Positions 9,393 to 17,459 of a DNA stretch of 64,000 bases are shown here, piece after piece. Positions within the stretch are counted from its first letter, which is position 1. Every line of letters starts with the position of its first letter. The DNA comes from Deltaproteobacteria bacterium (lineage in GTDB: Bacteria > Desulfobacterota > JADFVX01), in NCBI GenBank assembly GCA_029860075.1, contig JAOUBX010000001.1, positions 89,965-153,964 of the forward strand, read 5' to 3'. Made by a program: the position numbers and the translations under genes. The notes under the pieces are model-generated. The model made no database searches and was not told where the DNA came from. It saw nothing but the letters and a program-made list of their open reading frames with translations.

Positions 9393-10001
9393 ATGAGAAC
9401 GACCCTAATAGTCTTATTTTTAATAGCTATGCTCATTTCTTCGACTCAAACATTTCGGCACTTTTATGTGAAGTTTATTCATCCAACTGGCTCGGTTTTG
9501 GACCAATTTAAAACAGAAACTGAATCAGATATCGAAAAAGCAAAAAGTATAGATGATCTTGTTACACTTTATCGTAAGGCAAAAGATGAAATTAAAAAAT
9601 ATGAATCAGACTCCAGCAATCCGAAAATTGAACACAAACGTCGAAAAAATATTGAACCGTATAAATCTGAAATTCAAATTAAAGGGGAAATACGATCAAG
9701 AGAATACGATCAAAATCAACTGTTCAAATTATGCTTTTATTGGCTTTGTGGATTGCTTAGCACACTTATAGGCATCTTTGCTTTCAAGAAAATTAATAAT
9801 TGGTTGGGACTTTCAGGAATAATTGTAGGGTTTTCCGAAATGCTATGTTGGACAAGTCCACTATTTCACAATCGTCTACTTAGTCAACAATATGAATACT
9901 TGTTGAATTATAAATTATTGTTCTCGTTTGTAACTATGGTTTTCCTGGCATCACTTTGGCTAATAGTTGAAAAGAGGGACTTTTTAGCAGAAAAAGGCTA
10001 A
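9393..10001 (+). CDS. Cassette ORF: hypothetical membrane protein with an N-terminal TM, a charged coiled middle and three C-terminal TM helices.
   Basis: 202-aa ORF with RBS-like gaatggagaat upstream, followed by an attC-like hairpin. Confidence 0.5.
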   Translation: MRTTLIVLFLIAMLISSTQTFRHFYVKFIHPTGSVLDQFKTETESDIEKAKSIDDLVTLYRKAKDEIKKYESDSSNPKIEHKRRKNIEPYKSEIQIKGEIRSREYDQNQLFKLCFYWLCGLLSTLIGIFAFKKINNWLGLSGIIVGFSEMLCWTSPLFHNRLLSQQYEYLLNYKLLFSFVTMVFLASLWLIVEKRDFLAEKG

Positions 10002-10044
10002 AAAGGTGCTTGAAAACGATGCAGAAACCAGCACGTTTCAGCTC

Positions 10045-10206
10045 AAACGTTGAAGCTGTAGGAAAACCCCTTTTGAAGTTTTTTTTTGGAAAAACCACAA
10101 AAATGACAAATATTTAATTCAATAAAATCAGCATGTTAGGAAATCGAAAAAATTATATTTTCGTAAATTTTTATTAAATTTGAGTTTTCCTACAGACTCG
10201 TTATAT
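10045..10206 (+). repeat. attC-like site with a long AT-rich loop.
   Basis: AACGTTGAAGCTGTAGGAAAAC (10046-10067) pairs with GTTTTCCTACAGACTCGTTAT (10185-10204). The 3' arm ends in GTTAT as in the other sites. A smaller hairpin (GCTTGAAAACG/CGTTTCAGC) lies just upstream at 10009-10044. Confidence 0.4.
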
Positions 10207-10255
10207 TGTTTTTATAAGATACTTAAGTTTCTCGCTTTGAGTGGAGGTATAACAT

Positions 10256-10468
10256 ATGGAAACATTTATTAATATTTTTGTCAGTTGGTTCCCAATGATC
10301 CTTTTAATTGCGGTCTGGGTACTTATGGTGAAAAAAATCAGGCCAACACAAAAAGAGTCTGTTTCTTTAATGAGGAAGCAAGCTGAACTCTTAGAACAGC
10401 ATCTTCAACAGGCCGAGCGAATAGCAAGTGCTCTCGAAAAAATCTCTCAAAAATTGAATTCAGAATGA
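10256..10468 (+). CDS. Cassette ORF: small single-TM protein with a C-terminal coiled coil (70 aa).
   Basis: Strong RBS (gagtggaggtataacatATG), a hydrophobic helix (FPMILLIAVWVLMV) and an amphipathic tail. No family assignment. Confidence 0.45.
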   Translation: METFINIFVSWFPMILLIAVWVLMVKKIRPTQKESVSLMRKQAELLEQHLQQAERIASALEKISQKLNSE

Positions 10469-10575
10469 GTATATACAAAGAAACAATATGACCAGTCACT
10501 AAACCGGACCGTACACCCACGTTGGCTCTTGCCAATGGCTCCGGCTTGGTCGATTGGCTTTACGTTAGAGCTCAA

Positions 10576-10965
10576 ATGAAAAAAACAATTAGCATAGTTT
10601 CAATTTTTCTTTTGGTAATTTTTATCGGATATGCAGTTATTAAAATTATTGGGTCAGCTGGTAATATTAATAACCCCGATGCTCAACTAGAAGCAATGCT
10701 ACCAGAGGAAAGAGAATTCTGTAAAAAAGTCCTATGGCAGATTAAACCTGAATCTAGTGTAAAAGATGTAATAACATTACTTGGTAAGCCATCTCGTGAT
10801 TTAAAACTTAAAAAGAATTGGTGGATGAAATTAAACGGAAAAAAGGACAGAGTGGGCGTTTATTTTACCTTGTCAGGCTTTGCAGAAGAGGTTGTTTTAG
10901 ATGGAGGGCCAGGCAGATTCTACTATAGAAGAAAAGTATCAGATCATGTGAGTAAAAACTTCTAA
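10576..10965 (+). CDS. Cassette ORF: small secreted or membrane-anchored protein (130 aa from MKKTISIV).
   Basis: Signal-peptide-like N-terminus MKKTISIVSIFLLVIFIGYAV. The six-frame ORF extends to 10522, but that Met has no RBS and the 10576 Met gives a typical signal peptide. The stop TAA sits inside the CTAAC inverse core of the next attC. Confidence 0.5.
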   Translation: MKKTISIVSIFLLVIFIGYAVIKIIGSAGNINNPDAQLEAMLPEEREFCKKVLWQIKPESSVKDVITLLGKPSRDLKLKKNWWMKLNGKKDRVGVYFTLSGFAEEVVLDGGPGRFYYRRKVSDHVSKNF

Positions 10966-11038
10966 CATTCTCATTCACCAGATCGTCACCTTCGCCTTTT
11001 CGGGCTCCGGTGCTAACTGGTGATGAAGGGTGTTAGGA
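10961..11038 (+). repeat. Canonical attC site (inverse core TCTAAC ... core GTTAGG).
   Basis: 78-bp imperfect palindrome with TTCACCAG/CTGGTGA(tg)AA arms and an inner ATCGTCACC/GGTGCTAA pair with bulged bases. It begins with CTAAC overlapping the ORF stop codon and ends with GTTAGG, as in classical integron attC sites. Confidence 0.65.
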
Positions 11039-11054
11039 ATACAAAGTAAAAGAG

Positions 11055-11549
11055 TTGGAACAATTCAAATATAGCCATACACTAGAACTGTCGGAGTCTG
11101 AATATGCCGATATATACGGCATTTACTCAAGGCGTTCACGTCCTTGGCGACGGTCTTTGGTCGTCATTGGTGGTGTCGCTTGTTTGTTTTGGACTTACAC
11201 GCTTCTTTTAGGAATCGTACTACTCGGTTTGGCATGCTTGGCTGTTTTCGAACCACGCATGGTACCCTTTGGTGCGTCATCGATATTCAAGGGTCACGCT
11301 CATTTGCATCAGCCACTCACTTTTGGAGTTTCCGATGTGAAACTATCGGTTTCGGGATCCAATTTGAATTTATATTGTGATTGGTCAAATCTCGCAGTGT
11401 GGTATGAACGCGACGGCTGGTTACGTGTTTCACCGCATGGTATGCAAGATTTGTATTTTCGTGTTTCAGATTTACAGGAGAAAGCGGTGTATAATAGCGT
11501 CTTAGAATTGTGCCGGAAACACGGGAAAGAGTTTAATAGTAAGGATTAA
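11055..11549 (+). CDS. Cassette ORF: membrane-associated hypothetical protein (YcxB-like or bacterial PH-like, tentative).
   Basis: 164 aa with two TM helices after a basic RSRPWRRS stretch and a C-terminal beta-rich domain. The stop is followed by CTAAC. Confidence 0.45.
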   Translation: MEQFKYSHTLELSESEYADIYGIYSRRSRPWRRSLVVIGGVACLFWTYTLLLGIVLLGLACLAVFEPRMVPFGASSIFKGHAHLHQPLTFGVSDVKLSVSGSNLNLYCDWSNLAVWYERDGWLRVSPHGMQDLYFRVSDLQEKAVYNSVLELCRKHGKEFNSKD

Positions 11550-11553
11550 TTTC

Positions 11554-11721
11554 CTAACAAATTGACCGTTAAAACGCGGTTGTGTTTTAACGTCGGCTTA
11601 CTTGAACCAGCAAATAAAGAGGGACCGCCAAACACGCGTACTTGATTTTCAGCGTGTCGTCCCGCAGTAACATTGCGGTAATTTAAAGGCCTCGGCCCGC
11701 ACGTTTGGCGGCCCCTTATTG
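11554..11721 (+). repeat. VCR-like attC site, copy B, carrying a ~47-bp mini-hairpin insertion.
   Basis: Same terminal arms as copy A (AAATAAAGAGGGAccgcCAAACAcGCGTACTTGATTTT ... GCCCGCACGTTTGGcggcCCCTTATTGT). Between the CTAACaaat motif and the repeat body sits the insertion tgaccgTTAAAACgcggttgtGTTTTAAcgtcggcttacttgaaccag, a perfect 9-bp stem-loop that is absent from copy A. Confidence 0.55.
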
Positions 11722-11757
11722 TTGTTGTTATATTTTTGTTACCCATAAGGTAAGTAA

Positions 11758-12402
11758 ATGAATTTGGAACTCCATCACTTTTTCATTCTTGTTAAGCCTG
11801 AGGCAGAAGTCGCGGAAAAATTGATATCAATTGGGATGTGCGAGGGAACAAGAAACAAGCATGAAGGGCAAGGAACTTCAAACAGGCGTTTTAACTTCTC
11901 AAACGGGACTCTAGAGCTGTTATGGGTTCATGATGAAGAGGAGGCAGTTAACGGTCCAGGGAAGGGTATGTGTTTAGCAGAGCGGACTAAAAATACAAGC
12001 GCTTCACCATTTGGGGTTATTTTTAATAGAAAGGATAATTGTAGTCAAGAAATGCCATTTGAAGGATGGAAGTACGAACCTGTCTATTTTCAAGCGCCGT
12101 GGGCTTTTCATATTGGGGCTAACTCGAAGAGCATAGTTGAACCACTCTGTGTATATATGCCATTTATTGAGCCTGGAATGTCAAAAGGACTTGATGAGAA
12201 CGAAACATTTAAGTCTATAACTCAAGTAAAGGTACATACTCCATCGGAACCAATGTCGAATGTTCTGGATATTGTGAAAAACGCTGAAAGGTTAACCATT
12301 GTAAATGGTAAAGAACATTTAATAGAAGTTACTTTCAATGAGAATCATATGGGTTGTTCACAGGATTTCAGGCCAGATCTTCCGCTGGTGGTTAATTGGT
12401 AA
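11758..12402 (+). CDS. Cassette ORF: glyoxalase/VOC-like (Glyoxalase_3-like) domain protein.
   Basis: LHHFFILVKPEAEVAEKL...HEGQGTSNRRFNFSNGTLELLWV resembles the glyoxalase-like domain family. This is the last same-strand small ORF before the convergent giant gene. Confidence 0.45.
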   Translation: MNLELHHFFILVKPEAEVAEKLISIGMCEGTRNKHEGQGTSNRRFNFSNGTLELLWVHDEEEAVNGPGKGMCLAERTKNTSASPFGVIFNRKDNCSQEMPFEGWKYEPVYFQAPWAFHIGANSKSIVEPLCVYMPFIEPGMSKGLDENETFKSITQVKVHTPSEPMSNVLDIVKNAERLTIVNGKEHLIEVTFNENHMGCSQDFRPDLPLVVNW

Positions 12403-12659
12403 GGGATTGAGTGAATAAAAATATAACGATTAGCTACACCGGGTAGTGTTCCACGGCACTTTTTTGTGCTTGAGTAGCACAAAAGAATCACCACTCCAAA
12501 ATGCAGGTTAGCACAGTGTTATAATTGTGCTTCCGGCGGAGGTATATCCGAATCCTTCTTACCTGATACTCTCTCAAAGAGGACGGGGCTTTCGTGCAGT
12601 TGCCATAATGAAAGTAGTCCAGCCACCCTCGGCCATTAATGTCACCTCAGAGCGCTTAT

Positions 12660-15600
12660 TCACTCAACCTTTAATGATGTAGGTGCGCTGAGTGGATTGT
12701 CGTCTAGATCATAAAACTCTAAATCATCTTCATTAGCAAACATCAATTCACCCAAGTACGGTATTTTAATAAGTTTGACAAATTGTTTAGTTCCATCCTC
12801 AAATGTTTTAAAAATAGATTTATTCACTGTAGTTCCTGCCATATGTGAATAAGTATCATAATCAGCACCACCAACTACAACATCACCTTTATAGCGCTGT
12901 TCTGAAACTGAGTTGTTTGGAAATACATAAAATTTCGCAGCTGCACTAAAACCATGCCATCGGTGATGTGTATCAGGCATGTAAAGCAAACGCTCCTGTA
13001 GTTCTTTTTTAAATCTAGCCATTTTAATAGCCCTGGGTTTACCCTCGAATATTTTTCTGGGTGTGTAATATGGAACACTGACAGATTCCAATGGCATTAT
13101 TACCGGTCCCTTACGAACTTGTGCTATCTGTGCTTCCGTGCGATCAATCATATCCCGCTCAATACCTTTCAAAATAGTCGTTAAACGATCATTAGGTACC
13201 CACTTTACTTTAATTTCATGACCGAATGTTGTCATATTTATATCACCAGCTTTATACGCATATTTCGAACCATCCCACTTAACCGCGACATTACTACTGA
13301 TATAAAAGTGCCAATCTCTATAATTACGTATGTTCAAATCTGCCCAAATTTGAAAAGCATCCCAATTATCAACAAAACCTTCTTCATCATTTTTCTTACT
13401 TCTTGGAATTTCAGTAATAGTTACATAATCCAAATTATTATCATCAAAAAGTTCTTGCACTCGTTTAAAGCTGTGTGTGTATTCTATTAAGCTCCCTATT
13501 GCAGAATCATCAACCCCGAAAACTTTGGGTTCAATGCCGGTACGCGCCCACCAGTCAATAGCATTTAAGAATGGAGTTGTATCCTCGTCTTCCGTTTCAG
13601 TGGATTTCAGCCTTTGATATTGTTGAGCAAATTCTGCTGCTATCGTCAATGCCAGTAGTGCCCCTGCTTTAGCTCTGGCTATCTTTGCCTGAGGTTTAGA
13701 TTGTGGTATACGCCTTAATATCCTCTGTTTTTCCTTTCTAGATAAATGACTGCCATTGACCAATTTATGTGCTAAATTTGGATCAATTCGCCATAACATG
13801 GAGACAGCTACATCTCGGTGTTTAGGTGTGATGCGCCCTGTTTCTCGTGCAACTTTCATTAATTTATGAAATCTTTTTATATTGTTAGAATAACTGTGCC
13901 TTTCACGAATGTTCCTCATATAGGGAACTGTTAAAGACTCAACAATTTCTGGTATCGGAATATCTTTCACCAATTTTTTGATTTTCTTTTTAAGGGTTTC
14001 TGGTGTTGCACCCTTAGCAACTATTTCTGTTGTTTTCTTTTCTAAAGCGGTAAGAGATCTCTTAACACTTCGGTAGGCTTCTCTCAATTTGGACTCATTC
14101 AAGCGTTCGTCAAGGTGTCTCCCACTTTGCTCGTGGATGGATAACGCTTCACGCAGCCGAGCCAAACGTCGATAAGCACTCTGAATTTCATTATTTGAAG
14201 AAATAGCGCTTTGTACCACCCCTTTGCCACGCCTAACAATTTCACCATCTGAAAATACTGTTAATGTAGCAACCTTATTGCCGGGACCAGGTTCCTTGGC
14301 AATATGAACATTAAAACCTAATTCAACCAAAGCTCGGTACGTGCTTTGGTTAAGTCTGAAGGTGCTGGCTCTATCTTTCGATTGAATAATAATATCGATA
14401 TCACCTCCGTTGTGATGGAGGTGATGCACTAGTCTTGCCGCACCGCGTGCATCACTGGTTTTCGCCAATTTACCCATATGATGCTGAAAGCCTAATAAAA
14501 TACGTACATTTCGAACGTTTTCCCGATATTCCTTTCCCATCGCACGCTCAAACTCCAATAACGTCTCACTTCTTACATCACCCACATCTAAGAATCGTAT
14601 GCCGCTGGGTTTATGGGTAACAAACATCAATAGACTCGCAGCATCCCCTATCCCATTAGGCGGTTTTTCTCCTTTTAACCGGACTTCTCTTAACTTTGCG
14701 AAGACTCGATTAAGGCCATACAAATCAATTCGTAAAACGTCATTTTCCAAATGTAGATGATGGTATCCTTTTTTATTTTCAGGTTGGGGTATGGCATTAA
14801 AATTAGTAGCTAATCCACTCTTCTTTAATTCAGTTTCAAGGGCTGTTATTCTTTTTGCAAACCCAGATCCTGGTGCATCAGGATTGGTAGCAAAAACAGC
14901 GGGGTAATATATATTATGTGCAAGTATACCTTCTTCCAAAACAATACGCTTGATTTGCCGGATATGATCTTCATGAAGGTGCTTTATAACTACTCCACTG
15001 ATTTCGTTAATTTTTAGAGCTTCTTTGACAGCTGCAATTGCATGAGGATAAACAGCATCAGTAGTGCCAGTATCATTAGCAAGCCCTTTGCCCCTGCCCA
15101 TATGAAACACACGTAGTGATTCTTTGCCACCTGTTGGGACAGCCAAAAGCGGATGTGCCGGGCTGTGCCCTAAACCCGGAGCAGGAACATGAGTAGCATA
15201 TCCGTAGGCAGGCAATATCGCCAGCCTATGACCTTGCCGGATCAGTAGCAGATCATCATCGTCAGGTTCAATAGATTTAGGCGGATTGGATGAGCTTAAA
15301 TTTAGTTTGAACGCAGATTTGGCATTACTGCTTGCTGGTTTATTTACCATGTTATAAACGAATTCTCGGGTTTGCCAACCGGCATCTTTAACTTTATATT
15401 TTAGAAGGGCGATTATTTTGCTGCCGTCTAATGGCAAATGACGCACTACAGCGCTATTATCTTTTGCGAAATTATTTATGTCTGCAGGTTGCAGACGGCT
15501 ACCTGATGGATGATCGGATTTAATAATCAAATCCCATTCTTCAACATCAATGTCATTCCTTTTCCATTTGAACGTCACAACATCCTCTGTAATTGCAGTT

Positions 15601-16841
15601 CCCGGTACAGGCCAGACAAGTTCTGGAGCTCGCATGACAATAGGTCGTAGAAGAAAACGGCTTGCGCTGGATCCAGCCTTGGAACTATGAACAATAAGGT
15701 CTCCACTATTATTCATGGCTACTATTTTATGGATTTTCAACTTCTCTCCGATAGGCAAAAGTTTATCCAATGGAGACATAATATTGTTATGCATAATAAA
15801 ATGTACAGGTTCAGATTCAGTATAGGCACCCTTAAATTCAACAACATAGCCAGCTATCATATTAGAATCATTAATCAAAACAGGTGTAAATTCTTGATAG
15901 TAGTCTGGCCTGGCAGGGGAAAGCATTCCCTCAAAAATATGGATATTTCCATCCTCTATTGTAAATATCTTCGTCGATCTGGGGTCTCCCTCTTCTATAT
16001 ATATGGGGCAGTCTGCTGGCTTAGCATAAATTATTTCTGGAGGATTTGTGGCGAATGCACCAACGAGTGTTCCTATGGAATTATTTGCCGAAACACCCCC
16101 TGGGCCTGGTAACTTTGTCGACAATAATAATGACTCGGATTGTAAATCGTATTGATAAATTATTGATTGTCGATTCGAGGTGTTTAAGCATGCAATTGGT
16201 GTCTGAAGATCGTATGGAGTATAATTCCAGTCATTTAGAACATGACCCTCCATTGGGGCTGGTACATAAGGTTTTCCTCCACCAACAAGTCTGTCCTGGT
16301 CGGTTAATAAAGGCATATAAAGAAATTCGAAATCACCAAAACGGGTATAGGATTTCAATTTATTATTTCGAAAAGTAAAATGTTTCCTTGCATAATGTTC
16401 ACTTGCTAATATAGTTCCTTTATTATTTAATGACGCGCTTTCCAGAGATGGATCAAGACTTTCTTTCTCGCTTATATTATATTCGAAAACTTTATGATCT
16501 TTTATATTAAAAAGCGACATTGCAGTTATTTCCTGATAGGTCATATTTCCCGTTTTCTTAGTAATGTATTTATTAGCTAGGACTTCTCCACGATCGTTGA
16601 GGCTAGTATACCTATAACCAGGTCTTGGTGTGATTTGACGAACAATTTTATTATCCTTCCAGATGCCATACATTTCTTTTCCATAGTTAATAAGTACTTC
16701 AGACTCGTTGTTGATGTCAATTGGAGTAGCATCTTTTATGCCCAGGTCAACAATTTCATATAAAGGCGGATTTGCAAATATTACAGGAGGGTGTGCTAAT
16801 AGGTTGGCTGCAATACAAAAATATAGACACGTATATTTCAT
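12660..16841 (-). CDS. Giant secreted protein (1393 aa) with a signal peptide, a beta-rich N-terminal region, an internal metallo-beta-lactamase-fold domain and a long coiled C-terminal region.
   Basis: N-terminal MKYTCLYFCIAANLLAHPPVIFA signal peptide. HLHEDH (HxHxDH) and downstream FVTHKP..DVGD and FQHHMG motifs define an MBL fold. Codon usage is AT-rich like the cassette array. Confidence 0.7.
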   Translation of the reverse strand: MKYTCLYFCIAANLLAHPPVIFANPPLYEIVDLGIKDATPIDINNESEVLINYGKEMYGIWKDNKIVRQITPRPGYRYTSLNDRGEVLANKYITKKTGNMTYQEITAMSLFNIKDHKVFEYNISEKESLDPSLESASLNNKGTILASEHYARKHFTFRNNKLKSYTRFGDFEFLYMPLLTDQDRLVGGGKPYVPAPMEGHVLNDWNYTPYDLQTPIACLNTSNRQSIIYQYDLQSESLLLSTKLPGPGGVSANNSIGTLVGAFATNPPEIIYAKPADCPIYIEEGDPRSTKIFTIEDGNIHIFEGMLSPARPDYYQEFTPVLINDSNMIAGYVVEFKGAYTESEPVHFIMHNNIMSPLDKLLPIGEKLKIHKIVAMNNSGDLIVHSSKAGSSASRFLLRPIVMRAPELVWPVPGTAITEDVVTFKWKRNDIDVEEWDLIIKSDHPSGSRLQPADINNFAKDNSAVVRHLPLDGSKIIALLKYKVKDAGWQTREFVYNMVNKPASSNAKSAFKLNLSSSNPPKSIEPDDDDLLLIRQGHRLAILPAYGYATHVPAPGLGHSPAHPLLAVPTGGKESLRVFHMGRGKGLANDTGTTDAVYPHAIAAVKEALKINEISGVVIKHLHEDHIRQIKRIVLEEGILAHNIYYPAVFATNPDAPGSGFAKRITALETELKKSGLATNFNAIPQPENKKGYHHLHLENDVLRIDLYGLNRVFAKLREVRLKGEKPPNGIGDAASLLMFVTHKPSGIRFLDVGDVRSETLLEFERAMGKEYRENVRNVRILLGFQHHMGKLAKTSDARGAARLVHHLHHNGGDIDIIIQSKDRASTFRLNQSTYRALVELGFNVHIAKEPGPGNKVATLTVFSDGEIVRRGKGVVQSAISSNNEIQSAYRRLARLREALSIHEQSGRHLDERLNESKLREAYRSVKRSLTALEKKTTEIVAKGATPETLKKKIKKLVKDIPIPEIVESLTVPYMRNIRERHSYSNNIKRFHKLMKVARETGRITPKHRDVAVSMLWRIDPNLAHKLVNGSHLSRKEKQRILRRIPQSKPQAKIARAKAGALLALTIAAEFAQQYQRLKSTETEDEDTTPFLNAIDWWARTGIEPKVFGVDDSAIGSLIEYTHSFKRVQELFDDNNLDYVTITEIPRSKKNDEEGFVDNWDAFQIWADLNIRNYRDWHFYISSNVAVKWDGSKYAYKAGDINMTTFGHEIKVKWVPNDRLTTILKGIERDMIDRTEAQIAQVRKGPVIMPLESVSVPYYTPRKIFEGKPRAIKMARFKKELQERLLYMPDTHHRWHGFSAAAKFYVFPNNSVSEQRYKGDVVVGGADYDTYSHMAGTTVNKSIFKTFEDGTKQFVKLIKIPYLGELMFANEDDLEFYDLDDNPLSAPTSLKVE

Positions 16842-17249
16842 AATACCCTCATAGTCAAATGGCTAGGTTCCTTTACTATACATTTAGAGATTCACGACAA
16901 ATCAACTCAACCAGTAAATAAGCGCTTTGGGTTAAACGAATGCTATAAAGACACATAATGTACATATTAAGTCAAAACAATTCCTTCTATCTTCGTAAAA
17001 GTAGACCAATTACTGAATTAGTTTCTAAAAAATTATAGTAATTTAAGCATTTTTGGAACTGAATTACAAATTACAGCTTATAATCTACTTGTTTACAGGT
17101 AAAGGTATTTTTTAATTAGTACGGTAAGTACTTCACCCCATATTGTTAGTGTAGCATTGTTTCTGTAAATTCAATTTAAAGGTTGAAAGAGGTGGATCAA
17201 ATTAGTACTCCTAAATAGTTCAGCAAAACTAATAAAAGGAGGAAGAGAA

Positions 17250-17402
17250 ATGATCCACCAAGAAAAAGGTAGCATATTTAATGAGTTAATAGAAACGATA
17301 TCGGAGAAAGGACTGGAAGGCCTGGGTGAAGCCGTAAAAAAATCCAATTACCTCCATAAATACAATGAATGTTCCCCTTTTCTCTATTTGAAGTCACTTT
17401 AA
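17250..17402 (+). CDS. Possible small ORF (50 aa) with a strong Shine-Dalgarno.
   Basis: aaaaggaggaagagaaATG, then MIHQEKGSIFNELIETISEKGLEGLGEAVKKS... It falls below the ORF-track size cut-off. No homology inferable. Confidence 0.25.
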   Translation: MIHQEKGSIFNELIETISEKGLEGLGEAVKKSNYLHKYNECSPFLYLKSL

Positions 17403-17438
17403 AAAGCTGATATCATCTTGATAAAATTTAGTGACTAA
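17391..17438. promoter_or_regulatory. Two related palindromes (AAGTCACTT and TTAGTGACTAA) upstream of the dnaJ-like/MerR operon. Candidate operator for the HspR/MerR-like regulator.
   Basis: Two perfect short dyads sharing AGTSACT, 20-70 bp upstream of the 17460 start. MerR/HspR regulators typically autoregulate through dyad operators. Not a match to the CIRCE or HAIR consensus. Confidence 0.3.
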
Positions 17439-17459
17439 AAAGGACCCAGAGAGATCTCG

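Noticed and set aside
9553-9771. Alternative-frame small ORFs inside cassette genes (for example 9553-9771, 11144-11380, 13218-13490)
   Set aside because: Nested within longer ORFs that have better coding character. AT-rich sequence produces many chance ORFs.
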